A stretch of 53,289 nucleotides of DNA from Nitrospira japonica (GTDB taxonomy: Bacteria > Nitrospirota > Thermodesulfovibrionia > Thermodesulfovibrionales > SM23-35): positions 1 through 53,289 of the forward strand of contig DYFC01000021.1 of the NCBI GenBank assembly GCA_020725385.1. The letters run 5' to 3'. Position 1 is the first letter of the stretch, and each line of letters opens with the position of its first letter. The notes below the pieces were generated by a model that saw nothing but the letters and a program-made list of their open reading frames with translations, ran no database searches and was not told where the DNA came from. Position numbers and translations under genes: made by a program. Shown in pieces: positions 30,064 through 41,279 of this stretch.

Positions 30064-32270
30064 GAACATTAAATCTTAAAGAACATATCAAACTTATAGT
30101 AAATGCAAAACACTGGGATCCTTTTATGGTTCTTGGTATGCATCCTCTTGAAGAGAACGGCAGAAAGATGATTGTTGTCAGAGCATTTTTACCTCACGCA
30201 GCAAAAGCATCTGTTATAGATACAAATACCAAAAAAATTTTTGAAATGACTCTTATCCATAAAGCTGGGTTTTTTGAGGTCATCTGTACCGATAGAAAAA
30301 ACATTTTCAAGTATATTCTAAGAGTTACAACACATGAAGGTAAAGAATATGAATTTTACGACCCATATTGTTTTTTACCTGTACTTGGAGATTTTGATTT
30401 ACATTTAATCGGTGAAGGCACACATTTAAATTCCTATGAAAAGTTAGGCGCTCACATAATAAAACACAATGGCATTAAAGGAACGCATTTCGCAGTATGG
30501 GCTCCTAATGCAAAACGTGTCAGCGTAATAGGTAATTTTAATAACTGGGATGGTAGAAGACATCAAATGAGAGTTCTCGGTTCTTCAGGGATATGGGAGA
30601 TTTTTATTCCGGGTTTGGGAGAAGGTGAAATCTATAAATTCGAGATACTTGCAAAAAACGGAAAGGATGTATTTATAAAGTCAGATCCATATGCATTCTA
30701 TTCTGAACTTAGACCAAAGAGTGCATCAATTGTCTGGAATATTAATAAATATCAATGGAATGATAATGAATGGATGAACAAACGCAAAGAAATAAATCTT
30801 CTTGAGTCACCTGTCTCCATATATGAAGTTCATCTTGGCTCATGGATGAGGGTACCGGAAGATGGCAACAGATACCTTTCTTACAGAGAATATTCTGAAA
30901 AACTTGTTAATTACGTCAAAGATATGGGATATACGCATATTGAACTTTTACCTGTTACAGAACATCCTTTTGATGGTTCATGGGGTTATCAGACAATAGG
31001 ATATTATGCTGTTACGAGTAGATTTGGGACACCCGAAGAGTTCATGAATTTTGTTGATATATGTCATCAAAATAATATAGGAGTAATACTCGACTGGGCT
31101 CCCGGACATTTTCCTACAGATGGTCATGGACTCGGTTTTTTCGATGGCACATGCCTTTATGAACATGAAGACCCGAGACTTGGCTATCATCCTGATTGGG
31201 GAACAAAAATATTTAATTATGGAAGGAAAGAAGTAAAAAACTTTCTTATTTCAAATGCACTTTTCTGGTTTGATAAATACCATATAGACGGCTTGAGGGT
31301 TGATGCTGTTGCATCAATGCTTTATCTTGATTACTCAAGAAAAGAAGGCGAATGGATTCCGAATAAGTTTGGTGGTAGAGAAAATCTTGATGCTATAGAT
31401 TTTATCCAGGACTTCAATAAAATATCACATGGTAAGTTTCAAGGCATATTAACAATTGCAGAAGAATCAACTGCATGGCCCGGGGTATCAAAACCTGTTT
31501 ATCTCGGAGGTCTTGGATTCAGTATGAAATGGAATATGGGATGGATGCATGATATGCTTGAATACTTTTCCAAAGACCCTATTTATAGAAAATACCATCA
31601 CAATAATCTCACATTTAGTCTGCTCTATGCATTTTCCGAAAACTTTGTGCTTGTTTTCTCACATGATGAAGTTGTTCATGGAAAATGCTCCATGTTAAAT
31701 AAAATGCCGGGAGATATGTGGCAAAAATTTGCAAATGTAAGGGCACTTTATGGATTTATGTTTACCCATCCGGGTAAAAAATTGATGTTTATGGGTAATG
31801 AGATAGGACAATGGGATGAATGGAATCATGATAAGAGTCTTGACTGGCATTTACTCGGTTTCACACCTCACAAATGTCTTCAAAAATATATAATGGATTT
31901 GAACCTGATTTACAAATCCGAACCTTCTCTCTATGAATTAGATTACAGTTACAAAGGATTTGAATGGATTGATTTCAGAGATGCTGACAGTAGTATTATT
32001 TCTTTTATAAGAAAAGCCAAAGATCCTGAAAATCATCTTGTAATAGTATGTAATTTCACACCTGTTCCGAGAAACAACTATCGTTTTGGTGTTCCTTCTC
32101 TATGTTTTTATAAAGAGATATTAAACAGCGATTCCCAAATTTACTGGGGGAGTAATATGGGAAATTCCGGTGGTGTATTTTCTGAAAATCTTCCATGGCA
32201 TAAACAGCCATGTTCAATAAATATTACGTTACCTCCATTATCAGTAACAATATTCAAACCCATGAAATAA
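30060..32270 (+). CDS. glgB: 1,4-alpha-glucan branching enzyme
   Basis: [44 protein letters not shown]. Confidence 0.97.
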   Translation: MRTLNLKEHIKLIVNAKHWDPFMVLGMHPLEENGRKMIVVRAFLPHAAKASVIDTNTKKIFEMTLIHKAGFFEVICTDRKNIFKYILRVTTHEGKEYEFYDPYCFLPVLGDFDLHLIGEGTHLNSYEKLGAHIIKHNGIKGTHFAVWAPNAKRVSVIGNFNNWDGRRHQMRVLGSSGIWEIFIPGLGEGEIYKFEILAKNGKDVFIKSDPYAFYSELRPKSASIVWNINKYQWNDNEWMNKRKEINLLESPVSIYEVHLGSWMRVPEDGNRYLSYREYSEKLVNYVKDMGYTHIELLPVTEHPFDGSWGYQTIGYYAVTSRFGTPEEFMNFVDICHQNNIGVILDWAPGHFPTDGHGLGFFDGTCLYEHEDPRLGYHPDWGTKIFNYGRKEVKNFLISNALFWFDKYHIDGLRVDAVASMLYLDYSRKEGEWIPNKFGGRENLDAIDFIQDFNKISHGKFQGILTIAEESTAWPGVSKPVYLGGLGFSMKWNMGWMHDMLEYFSKDPIYRKYHHNNLTFSLLYAFSENFVLVFSHDEVVHGKCSMLNKMPGDMWQKFANVRALYGFMFTHPGKKLMFMGNEIGQWDEWNHDKSLDWHLLGFTPHKCLQKYIMDLNLIYKSEPSLYELDYSYKGFEWIDFRDADSSIISFIRKAKDPENHLVIVCNFTPVPRNNYRFGVPSLCFYKEILNSDSQIYWGSNMGNSGGVFSENLPWHKQPCSINITLPPLSVTIFKPMK

Positions 32271-32298
32271 TAGATTTATAGAATCTGAATTGTTTTTT

Positions 32299-33009
32299 CT
32301 ATTTCAAGACTTTTCTTAGGATATTATCAAGTTCGTAATAAGAATTAAAGCATTCATCCGGTTTGTAGCCATTATATTCTTTACACTCATTACTAAAAAG
32401 TATAAATTTCATCCCTGCTTTTTTTGCTGCAGGAAGATCTTTATAAGGATTATCCCCTATATAAACAGAATCTTGTGGTGAAACACCAAGCTTCTCCATC
32501 GCAAGCTGAAAAAGTCTTGTGTCTGGCTTTTTATAACCAAATCTTGATGATAGCAGTCTAAGTTTGAAAAACTGATCAAGTCCCAAAATAGCTATTTCAG
32601 GTTCTGCAAAAACCCACTGCGCATCAGAAATGATAGCTGTGGAATATTTAGTATTCAAATTTGCAATTGTATCATACAAACCTTCAAATACACCAAATTG
32701 TCTTATTGTTAAAGCTCTGAAAAGCATTGTTATATCAACAACAATACTTTTTGTATATTTCTTTTTTCCATATCTATTCATAATATCAAAAAAGACTTTA
32801 TACACATCAACTTCAGGATAAGTTTCTTTGCTTGAAGATAGATATTGTTGGATTCCCTCAAAAAATGATTTCTTCAATTCATCCGGTGGAATGTTCACAT
32901 AGTGATAAGAAAGATAACGCGAAAGCATTTCATAAACCCATGGATCATTCTCGTCTGTTCTGATATTAATTAATGTACCGTAAAGATCAAAAAACAACCC
33001 TTTTTTCAT
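32299..33009 (-). CDS. HAD-superfamily hydrolase
   Basis: FFDLYGTL, ISDAQ, KKPD, YIGDN. ATG at 33009 overlaps the stop of the upstream gene (ATGA). Confidence 0.85.
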   Translation of the reverse strand: MKKGLFFDLYGTLINIRTDENDPWVYEMLSRYLSYHYVNIPPDELKKSFFEGIQQYLSSSKETYPEVDVYKVFFDIMNRYGKKKYTKSIVVDITMLFRALTIRQFGVFEGLYDTIANLNTKYSTAIISDAQWVFAEPEIAILGLDQFFKLRLLSSRFGYKKPDTRLFQLAMEKLGVSPQDSVYIGDNPYKDLPAAKKAGMKFILFSNECKEYNGYKPDECFNSYYELDNILRKVLK

Positions 33010-34007
33010 AAAAGTTTTAAACCCCATTTCAGACATTGTTCTGCCTCATAAACAAGGCGTTTTCTATATTCCCAGTGTAAATAATTATTTCTTGCGATTC
33101 GCAATTCAGTCATTGCCATATAAAAAGGATTACGCTGTGTAATTTCTTTAAAAGCTTTTTTTGGATTATGAAAATGTTTAGTATAATTGCTTAAAAAATG
33201 TCTAATAAAAGGTTCCGATAAGTAAGGATTTCCTGTTCTCCATAGAAATGCATGTTTTATTTCTCCGCAGACCATTCCTATATCATAAGCAGGGTCAGAG
33301 TTCTTCATACGTTCAAGATCTATTGCGACAATATGCCCACTTTCTGTAAATATAAAATTCGTTGGTGTTGCATCTCCATGAACAAGAGATTTTTTCGTAT
33401 AAGCAAATTGTTCTTTATTTAACCACTTATCCATTAGTTTAAGGAAATATTTTTTTTCATTATCCGAAATTACTGTTTGTTTCATGAGTTTGTTAATGAT
33501 TTTTTGAAAATAATAATTAATTGGTTCAATTTCAAAATTCTCATCTGAACCGGTTCTATTGTGAAAAACATAAAGAAAATCCGCCAGTTTCTCAAGCTTA
33601 TCTTTTAATTGTTCTGATTTTCCATTAAATATCGCTTTCTTAAGATAGTAATCAAGATTTTTCCCATCTATAAATTCTTCTGTGAGTGCGAGCCCTATTC
33701 TTTCCTCTTTGCTTATTGGTTTAACAACATAATTAGGGAAAACGTCAAAACCATAGCTTCTGATTTTATTTAAATTGTCATACTCACCTTTTATTCTAAG
33801 GACTCTCTCAATCTTTGTATCATTTAATTTAAAGAATTTACCCACAATAGAAATATGTGTATTTTCTTCGGTATATTTATAAACATTACTTGACGACATT
33901 CTATCTACATGAAAAAGAGGATACCTTGTATTATCACATACATGCGAAAATAGAATTTCATATAAAGGGTCAGAATATTCAAGTCTTCCAAGATATGTTG
34001 AATTCAT
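33006..34007 (-). CDS. aminoglycoside-phosphotransferase-like kinase
   Basis: VHGDATPTNF and AIDLE kinase motifs. Start at 34007 or 34028. Confidence 0.75.
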   Translation of the reverse strand: MNSTYLGRLEYSDPLYEILFSHVCDNTRYPLFHVDRMSSSNVYKYTEENTHISIVGKFFKLNDTKIERVLRIKGEYDNLNKIRSYGFDVFPNYVVKPISKEERIGLALTEEFIDGKNLDYYLKKAIFNGKSEQLKDKLEKLADFLYVFHNRTGSDENFEIEPINYYFQKIINKLMKQTVISDNEKKYFLKLMDKWLNKEQFAYTKKSLVHGDATPTNFIFTESGHIVAIDLERMKNSDPAYDIGMVCGEIKHAFLWRTGNPYLSEPFIRHFLSNYTKHFHNPKKAFKEITQRNPFYMAMTELRIARNNYLHWEYRKRLVYEAEQCLKWGLKLL

Positions 34008-34011
34008 AAAA

Positions 34012-34659
34012 TCAAACCTTTTCCTCATATTTAGTTATAAAAACATTATATCCTTTATCAGCGAGAATTTTGCCTAATTTCTTAACTTCATTAATTTCAA
34101 GAAATCTTCCCAATCTTACTCTAAAATAATTTTCACCATTAATATTTGCTTGCTGTAGATATACCTGTTTATATTTTAATTCAAGTGCGGTTTTAAGACT
34201 TACAGCATTTGATTTATCTCTAAAAGAACCAACTTGTATAGTAAATGGTCCTGATAAAGAAAGGTATTTTACTTCTTTTATATATGATTCATCCCTACCT
34301 AAATACTCTATCATTACATTTGATGTCCCAGTTGAGATTAAGCCGATTTCTTTTGCTGCAGCATAAGATAAGTCTATATCCCTTCCTGATACAAATGGTC
34401 CTCTATCATTTACAATACAGTTGATGCTTTTTTTATTATTGATGTTTGTAACCTTTAATTTTGTGCCGAAAGGGTATTCTCTATGTGCACATGTATTAGC
34501 ATACATATTGAAGATCTCACCTGAAGATGTTGGTTTTCCATGAAATTCTGAGCCATACCACGAAGCAACAGCATAATTAGAAGAAGACCTATAATAAGAA
34601 GCACATGAAATTATTAGAATATTTAAAGAAATAAGTGCAAGAAATTTTAAATATTTCAT
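34012..34659 (-). CDS. rlpA: septal ring lytic transglycosylase RlpA (lipoprotein, SPOR domain)
   Basis: Lipobox IISC, ASWYG, VNDRGPF, IDLSYAAA, C-terminal IQVGSF SPOR domain. Confidence 0.92.
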   Translation of the reverse strand: MKYLKFLALISLNILIISCASYYRSSSNYAVASWYGSEFHGKPTSSGEIFNMYANTCAHREYPFGTKLKVTNINNKKSINCIVNDRGPFVSGRDIDLSYAAAKEIGLISTGTSNVMIEYLGRDESYIKEVKYLSLSGPFTIQVGSFRDKSNAVSLKTALELKYKQVYLQQANINGENYFRVRLGRFLEINEVKKLGKILADKGYNVFITKYEEKV

Positions 34660-34843
34660 AAATAAATTTTAGCACTAATTTAGAAACTTTCATATATTAA
34701 TGCAGATATTACAAGAAAATTTATTTATGAATAGCAAATATCCTTCATTCTTAACCTGACATCCATATAAAAACAATTTCTTCGAACAAAGAAAATGGAT
34801 ACGTAAAATTAAGTCTAATGTAAAAAGACACGGATAACGTAGT

Positions 34844-36184
34844 TTATAGTATATATCTGCTTAAATCCTCGTCTTTTACAATTTCACTGAGTTTTTCTTT
34901 TACATAGTCTCTGTCTATCACAAGCTTGCCGTTTTTTCTTTCAGGTGCTTCAAATGAAATATCCTCAAGAAGTTTCTCAAGAACAGTATGTAATCTTCTT
35001 GCACCAATGTTTTCAGTTTTTTCGTTTACATATGCAGCTATATCAGCAATCTCTTCTATTGACTCATTAGAGAATCCGAGTTCAACATTTTCAGTTTGTA
35101 GAAGTGCTGTATATTGTTTAATTAAAGCATTATGTGGTTCTGTCAAAATTCTTATAAACTCATTTTTTCCGAGATGTTCAAGTTCAACTCTTATTGGAAA
35201 ACGTCCCTGTAATTCAGGTATTAAATCCGAAGGTTTTGACATATGAAAAGCACCGGCTGCAATAAAAAGTATATGATCTGTTTTAACCGGGCCATGTTTA
35301 GTTGCAACGGTTGTACCTTCTACAATAGGAAGCAAATCTCTTTGTACACCTTCTCTTGATACATCAGGACCATGCGAATGACCTTTACTCGCAATTTTAT
35401 CAATTTCATCAATAAATATAATTCCTGATTGTTCGGCTCTTGTAATAGCTTCACGAGTTATTTTGTCCATATCAATTAATTTGTTAGCTTCTTCTTGAAT
35501 CAAGATGTTAATAGCTTCAGGAATCTTTACCTTTTTCCTTTTTGCTTTTTCTGGTAGAAAATTCCCGAGCATTTCTTTTAGATTAATCTCAAGCTCCTCA
35601 AGCCCAACATTTGATACTACACCAAAGGGAATCATCTTTTCTTTAACTTCTATATCAACATATCTATTGTCGAGCTTGCCATCTCTAAGTTGTAAGCGAA
35701 GTCTTTCTCTTGTATCCCTATATTTTTCTCTTTCTTCATCTTCATTTATTGTACCCCTTTGAGTTCTCGGAGGAGGTAGCAAAAGATCCAGAAGCCTTTC
35801 CTCTGCGAGTGATTTTGCTTTTTCCTGAACTTTTTCAATATGTTCTGATTTAACCATGCTAATAGAAATCTCTGCAAGATCTCTGACCATAGATTCAACA
35901 TCACGTCCAACATATCCAACTTCTGTAAATTTTGATGCCTCAACTTTAACAAATGGTGCATTTGCAAGTCTCGAAAGTCTTCTTGCTATTTCTGTTTTAC
36001 CAACTCCGGTTGGGCCAATCATAATAATATTTTTAGGTAGTACCTCATCTTTGAGCTCTGGAGAAAGTTTCTGCCTTCTCCACCTGTTTCTCATTGCAAT
36101 GGCAACAGCCTTCTTTGCTTTATTTTGTCCAATGATATATTTATCGAGTTCTTCAACAATTTTTCTCGGCGTTAAATTCTCCAT
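34844..36184 (-). CDS. hslU: ATP-dependent protease ATPase subunit HslU
   Basis: [40 protein letters not shown]. Confidence 0.98.
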   Translation of the reverse strand: MENLTPRKIVEELDKYIIGQNKAKKAVAIAMRNRWRRQKLSPELKDEVLPKNIIMIGPTGVGKTEIARRLSRLANAPFVKVEASKFTEVGYVGRDVESMVRDLAEISISMVKSEHIEKVQEKAKSLAEERLLDLLLPPPRTQRGTINEDEEREKYRDTRERLRLQLRDGKLDNRYVDIEVKEKMIPFGVVSNVGLEELEINLKEMLGNFLPEKAKRKKVKIPEAINILIQEEANKLIDMDKITREAITRAEQSGIIFIDEIDKIASKGHSHGPDVSREGVQRDLLPIVEGTTVATKHGPVKTDHILFIAAGAFHMSKPSDLIPELQGRFPIRVELEHLGKNEFIRILTEPHNALIKQYTALLQTENVELGFSNESIEEIADIAAYVNEKTENIGARRLHTVLEKLLEDISFEAPERKNGKLVIDRDYVKEKLSEIVKDEDLSRYIL

Positions 36185-36208
36185 CTATCACTCCTGTATA
36201 AATTTGAT

Positions 36209-36736
36209 TTACAATTCCTCAATGACATTATTTTTGTTTGTATAGATACAAATATCAGCAGCTATTTTCATTGCTTTTTCAACTATATCCCTTGCTGACA
36301 GGCTTGTATTTTCATATAATGCTCGTGCAGCAGCTTGAGCATAGGGACCACCTGAACCTATTGCTGCAATACCATCTTCAGGCTCAATAACGTCACCTGT
36401 TCCAGAAAGAATAAAAGTATGTTCAAGATCAGCTACAAGTAAAAGAGCTTCAAGTCTTCTTAAAATTTTGTCTGTTCTCCAATCTTTCGCAAGCTCTACA
36501 GCAGCCCTTTTAAGGTTACCTCTGTAAGATTCGAGTTTCCCTTCAAATTTTTCAAATAATGTAATTGCATCTGCTGTAGCTCCTGCGAAACCGGTTAATA
36601 CTTTATCACCAAACATTTTACGTATCTTTACAGCATTATGTTTAAGCACAGTGTTGCCTAAGGTAACCTGTCCATCACCTCCAATTGCAACTTTATTATC
36701 ACGCCTTACACATAAAATAGTTGTGCTTTTAATCAT
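36209..36736 (-). CDS. hslV: ATP-dependent protease subunit HslV
   Basis: [34 protein letters not shown]. Confidence 0.97.
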   Translation of the reverse strand: MIKSTTILCVRRDNKVAIGGDGQVTLGNTVLKHNAVKIRKMFGDKVLTGFAGATADAITLFEKFEGKLESYRGNLKRAAVELAKDWRTDKILRRLEALLLVADLEHTFILSGTGDVIEPEDGIAAIGSGGPYAQAAARALYENTSLSARDIVEKAMKIAADICIYTNKNNVIEEL

Positions 36737-36818
36737 TTTTAGCTCCTTGGAAACTTGGTCTTTGAACAACATTAATATATTAATTATTACTCATTGAAAA
36801 ATATATTTACAACAGACT

Positions 36819-37694
36819 CTATTTATTTCTGGCAAGAGGATGTGCTTTATCATAAACATCAACAAGATGCTTTACGTCAAGATGAGTATATTTTTGAGTT
36901 GTTGACAAAGATTTATGCCCGAGAAGTTCCTGTATTACTCTTAAATCAGCACCTCCTTGAAGCATATGACTCGCAAAGGAATGCCTTAGAGTATGTGGCC
37001 CTACATTACCTTTAATCTGTATTGCTTTTGAATACTTAACGACTATTCTTCTAACTCCTCTATCGGTAAGTCTGGTGCCGAGTCTGTTTAGAAACAAAGC
37101 TTTTTCTTTCTTTTTTGTAAGTAATCTCTCGACAAGATATGTTTTTATCGCATCAATAGCTTTTGAACCGATTGGCAAAATACGTTCTTTTCTTCCCTTA
37201 CCGTGAACTATTATTAGTCCTTCTTTGATATTAAGGTCTTCAATATTAAGTCCGGCCAGTTCACTTACTCTTAATCCACTCGAATATAAAAGTTCAAGAA
37301 CCGCTTTATCTCTTGCGGGTATAAAACCGATACCATCAGGTTTTTCCATAAGTGAAAATGTATCATCAACTGATAGAAACTTTGGTAGATGGCGTTCTGA
37401 CTTAGGACTTGATACAAGTTTAGCAGGATTTGTTTTAACATAACCTTCCCTATAAAGAAATTTAAAAAATGTTCTTATGCTTGAAATCTGCCTGCTTACA
37501 GAAGTTTTGGTTAGACCTTTTTTTATCTGAGAGGCTATAAACCCTCTTATATCCATTAAATCTGCTTTTTGAGGTTCTATTTTAATGTGTCTTAAGAAAT
37601 CCTCTATATCTTTACGGTAGGCTCTGACAGTATGATTTGAAAATCCCCTTTCGGCTTCAAGATACCTTATAAATTTTTCAACTAGTTTATTCAT
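36819..37694 (-). CDS. xerC: tyrosine recombinase XerC
   Basis: LYSSGLRVSEL, GKGRKER, PHTLRHSFASH, QELLGH, TTQKYTH; upstream of hslVU. Confidence 0.9.
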   Translation of the reverse strand: MNKLVEKFIRYLEAERGFSNHTVRAYRKDIEDFLRHIKIEPQKADLMDIRGFIASQIKKGLTKTSVSRQISSIRTFFKFLYREGYVKTNPAKLVSSPKSERHLPKFLSVDDTFSLMEKPDGIGFIPARDKAVLELLYSSGLRVSELAGLNIEDLNIKEGLIIVHGKGRKERILPIGSKAIDAIKTYLVERLLTKKKEKALFLNRLGTRLTDRGVRRIVVKYSKAIQIKGNVGPHTLRHSFASHMLQGGADLRVIQELLGHKSLSTTQKYTHLDVKHLVDVYDKAHPLARNK

Positions 37695-37810
37695 AATTGT
37701 TATATTTTACACCATTTCTATACCATTTGTTGTTTTTAATGAAGTAAGTGATCTTTAACCGCATAATAAAGATTTAACTTAAAATTTATTTAGCTTGATT
37801 ACTTTATTTA

Positions 37811-38689
37811 TTAGGATGTAATTATTTGCAGTATCTCTTTATATCTTTGAGCTGCTTTTTGAACTATATCTTGTGGCAAAACCGGGCCAGGATAAGTTTT
37901 ATTCCAGTCAAGCGTAAGAAGATAATCCCGAACAATCTGTTTATCATAGCTATCCTGGCTTTTTCCGGGGGAATAGTCTTTTATTGACCAAAAGCGTGAT
38001 GAGTCAGGAGTAAGAAGTTCGTCTATCAAAATAAGAGTGCTGTTATATAAACCGAATTCAAATTTTGTATCGGCAATTATTATTCCTTTTTTTTCGGCAA
38101 TATCCCTTGCTTTTTTATATATTGCAAGACTAATATTTTTTAATTTTCCGGCAATCTCTTTACCAACAATATCTTCTGTCTGCTCAAAGGTTATATTAAT
38201 ATCATGCCCTTCTTCTTCTTTGGTACTCGGTGTATATATTGGCTCTTCAAGTTTTGAAGATTCAAGAAGACCGTCAGGAAGTTTAATACCACATACTGTT
38301 TTATCTTTCTGATATGATTTCCAGCCGCTTCCCGAAAGATATCCCCTTACAACACATTCAACTGCAAGGGGTTTTGCTTTTTTTACGAGCATACTTCTTC
38401 CTTCGAGTATACCGGCATATTTATGGAGAGTTTTAGGATATTCCTTTACATCAGTTGCAATGATATGGTTTGGTATTAAATCCCTCATCTTATCAAACCA
38501 GTAAATAGATATTTGTGTTAATATTTTACCCTTATCCGGTATTCCATTTGGAAGAACAACATCAAAAGCCGATATTCTGTCTGTTGCCACAATCAAAAGA
38601 TTTTCTCCCATATCATAAATATCTCTAACCTTTCCCCTTTTTAAAAATGGGATGTCTTTTATTTCTGTTTTCAAGACTATTTCAGACAT
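37811..38689 (-). CDS. purC: SAICAR synthase
   Basis: [37 protein letters not shown]. Confidence 0.97.
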   Translation of the reverse strand: MSEIVLKTEIKDIPFLKRGKVRDIYDMGENLLIVATDRISAFDVVLPNGIPDKGKILTQISIYWFDKMRDLIPNHIIATDVKEYPKTLHKYAGILEGRSMLVKKAKPLAVECVVRGYLSGSGWKSYQKDKTVCGIKLPDGLLESSKLEEPIYTPSTKEEEGHDINITFEQTEDIVGKEIAGKLKNISLAIYKKARDIAEKKGIIIADTKFEFGLYNSTLILIDELLTPDSSRFWSIKDYSPGKSQDSYDKQIVRDYLLTLDWNKTYPGPVLPQDIVQKAAQRYKEILQIITS

Positions 38690-38776
38690 AATTTTTTCCT
38701 TTCTCAAATATATATAGAAAATGATAGAGGTTCATACAGAAACAATATCTATTTTATATACAACGTTTCTTTTTTT

Positions 38777-38803
38777 CTGGATTCCCGCTTTCGCAGGAAT
38801 GAC
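38777..38803. repeat. REP-like short palindromic element (GTCATTCC-N-GGAATCCAG type)
   Basis: Minus strand GTCATTCCTGCGAAAGCGGGAATCCAG: GC-rich hairpin with a GAAA loop in an AT-rich spacer. Confidence 0.7.
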
Positions 38804-38856
38804 AGTTTGTATATTTATTCAGCAAATTTTTTGGAGAAGAACGTTATTTAATAGTA

Positions 38857-39567
38857 TCATGATTCATTTTTAAAGAAAAGAATTCTTCCGCATTGGGGAC
38901 AGGTTATAATATCATTGTTCTTTTTCAATTCAACAAAAAGTTGGGGAGGTATGTTCATATCACAGCCAAAACATATTTCATCTTTTGCTTCAACAACAGC
39001 AAGACCATTATATTTCTCAATAAGATTTATGTAAAGTTTATATAAATCAACTTCGATTAATCCGGCGAATTTTGAACGGATTTCCTTCATATTTTCAAGA
39101 TCTTTTTCAAAAGATAATTTTTCTTCCTGAAGATTTTGTTTCAATTCATCAAGTTTTTTCTTGTCAGTATTTAATTTTATTTCTTCATGATTTACCTGTT
39201 TTGAGACAGATTCAATTTCTTCCATTATAGTTAAAATTTGATCTTCTATAACCCGTTGTTCTTTTTCAAAAGATTCTATCTCGTTTAATAACGCTTGATA
39301 TTCTTTATTAGTTTTGATTTCTGAAGTTCTTAATTTGAGTTTCTTTATTTTTTCTCCTATATCATCAAGTTGACGTTCTTTTTCTCGCTTTTTTTTGTCA
39401 AGATTTTCAAGACGCTGTTTGAAAAGATTAAAAGAATTCAAGGCTTCTTTGAAAGGAATTTCTACTTCAATAATCTTTTGGGGAATTTTGTCTATCATAC
39501 GTTTTGCCGTGAGTATTTTCGTATCAATTTGTTGTAATTCTATTAGAAGTCTTAATTGTTCATTCAC
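38857..39567 (-). CDS. coiled-coil protein with C4 zinc ribbon (DUF164 family)
   Basis: LIELQQID, long coiled coil, CFGC...CPQCGRIL; GTG start. Confidence 0.85.
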   Translation of the reverse strand: MNEQLRLLIELQQIDTKILTAKRMIDKIPQKIIEVEIPFKEALNSFNLFKQRLENLDKKKREKERQLDDIGEKIKKLKLRTSEIKTNKEYQALLNEIESFEKEQRVIEDQILTIMEEIESVSKQVNHEEIKLNTDKKKLDELKQNLQEEKLSFEKDLENMKEIRSKFAGLIEVDLYKLYINLIEKYNGLAVVEAKDEICFGCDMNIPPQLFVELKKNNDIITCPQCGRILFFKNES

Positions 39568-39606
39568 AGTTTGTACCTTTTTAAAATTAAGGAGGATTTA
39601 CTTTTT

Positions 39607-39682
39607 TGGTGGGCCCACCAGGACTCGAACCTGGGACCAACCGGTTATGAGCCGGTAGCTCTACCAGCTGAGCTATGGGCCC
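39607..39682 (-). tRNA. tRNA with CAT anticodon, most likely tRNA-Ile2 (lysidine)
   Basis: GGGCCCATAGCTCAGCTGGTAGAGCTACCGGCTCATAACCGG...TGGGCCCACCA, 76 nt; located after rpoD like ileX. The tRNA call is firm; Ile2 versus Met is inferred. Confidence 0.9.
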
Positions 39683-39743
39683 CCAGAGATGAATAATTTA
39701 ATTATTCATGAACTTGTATTTTAAATTTATTGTTAGTATTTGG

Positions 39744-41279
39744 TCAAGGTTTTTCAATAAATTCTCTGAGCCATTTACTTCTTGAAGGATGTTTTAGTTT
39801 TCTTATTGCTTTAACCTCAATCTGACGGATTCTTTCACGTGTAACTTCAAATTCAAGCCCGACCTCTTCGAGAGTTTGGGGCACATCAAATCCTATCCCG
39901 AAACGTTTTCTTATTATTTTTTCTTCTTTAACAGGCAATGAACTCAAGATCTTATCAATCCTCTTTTTCATGTCATCCTGTATGGCAGCATCAAGTGGTG
40001 ATTGGGTACCCTTATCTTCTATGAAATCCATCAAATGACTATCCTCCTCACCAATGGGAGTTTCAAGAGAAATTGGCTCTTTTGATATTTTTAAAATACT
40101 ATGAACTTTGTCAACAGGCAATTTTAACTTATCGGAAATTTCAAATGGAGTTGGTTCTCTCCCAAGTTCTTGAACAAGCTCGCGTGCTGTCTTTGTAATT
40201 TTATTCATGGTTTCAACCATATGTACTGGTATTCTTATTGTTCGTGATTGATCAGCAAGTGCCCGGGTAATTGCCTGTCTTATCCACCATGTAGCATATG
40301 TACTGAATTTATATCCTCGCTTATATTCGAATTTATCAACTGCTCTCATTAATCCGCTGTTGCCTTCTTGAATCAGATCGGAAAAACTCATTCCTCTTCC
40401 AAGATAGCGCTTTGCAATACTAACTACAAGACGCAGATTTGCTTCGATCATTGCTTTTCGTGCTTCATCTACTATTTCTTCACCAATCAATAATTCCCTT
40501 AAAGCTTTTTTCATATCTGAAAATTTCATTCCAAAAAATAATTCTTTTTGTCCAATTTTATTTCTAAGATATTCTATATCATCGGATATTTTTGATTTAG
40601 ATTTTTTGTATTTTTTCATTAGAGTCGAAAGATTCTTCTGTAAAGTCTCTATATCTCCTATGGATCTTTTCAATTCATCCGAAAATGCGATAATAACATC
40701 ATCTTTAAGCTTCAATTCTTTAATTTTTTCTATTATCTGCTCGCGATTTTTTTCGAGTAAATTTATTAGTTTATTGTATTCAGCATTTGATGATTTTTTA
40801 CTGAAAGATTTTATTTCACCAAGTCTTTTGAGATATGCTTTTCTTTTTTTATTAAGATGATCAATTTTGATGGTAATATTATAGAAATTTTTCCGTTCAG
40901 CATTTATTTCTTCCTCGGTAAGATCTTCATGGTTTTGAATTATTTCTTCCATAGGTGCTATACCATTCTTGAACATTTTCCCAAGTTCTACAATCTTTTT
41001 AAGAACAAATGGCATTCTAAAAATGACCCTATAAATTTTTTCTTTTCCTTCTTCTATTTTTTGGGCAATCTGTATTTCACCCTGACGGGTAAGTAAGGGA
41101 ACGCTGCTCATTTCTTTGAGGTAAATTCTTATAGGATCTTTTTCGCTTTCAATAAATTCAGAAGCTTTGATTTCTTCCTCATCTGAAGATATATATTCTT
41201 CTGGATAAATATTTTCCCGGTTATCTTCATAATCCTCGTAGTTCTCAAAATAATCAAAATAATCTGAATATTTTTTCAT
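39744..41279 (-). CDS. rpoD: primary sigma factor RpoD
   Basis: [46 protein letters not shown]. Confidence 0.95.
   Translation of the reverse strand: MKKYSDYFDYFENYEDYEDNRENIYPEEYISSDEEEIKASEFIESEKDPIRIYLKEMSSVPLLTRQGEIQIAQKIEEGKEKIYRVIFRMPFVLKKIVELGKMFKNGIAPMEEIIQNHEDLTEEEINAERKNFYNITIKIDHLNKKRKAYLKRLGEIKSFSKKSSNAEYNKLINLLEKNREQIIEKIKELKLKDDVIIAFSDELKRSIGDIETLQKNLSTLMKKYKKSKSKISDDIEYLRNKIGQKELFFGMKFSDMKKALRELLIGEEIVDEARKAMIEANLRLVVSIAKRYLGRGMSFSDLIQEGNSGLMRAVDKFEYKRGYKFSTYATWWIRQAITRALADQSRTIRIPVHMVETMNKITKTARELVQELGREPTPFEISDKLKLPVDKVHSILKISKEPISLETPIGEEDSHLMDFIEDKGTQSPLDAAIQDDMKKRIDKILSSLPVKEEKIIRKRFGIGFDVPQTLEEVGLEFEVTRERIRQIEVKAIRKLKHPSRSKWLREFIEKP

Noticed and set aside
33006-34007. 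Aminoglycoside resistance gene
   Set aside because: Only the generic APH/choline-kinase fold motifs are present; the context is metabolic and not mobile.
36819-37694. Integron integrase or phage integrase serving the attC array
   Set aside because: It lacks the IntI-specific insertion, has XerC size and motifs, and sits in the housekeeping xerC-hslV-hslU context.
39395-39658. 87-aa ORF spanning the tRNA(CAT)
   Set aside because: It is antisense to the zinc-ribbon gene and the tRNA, so it is spurious.
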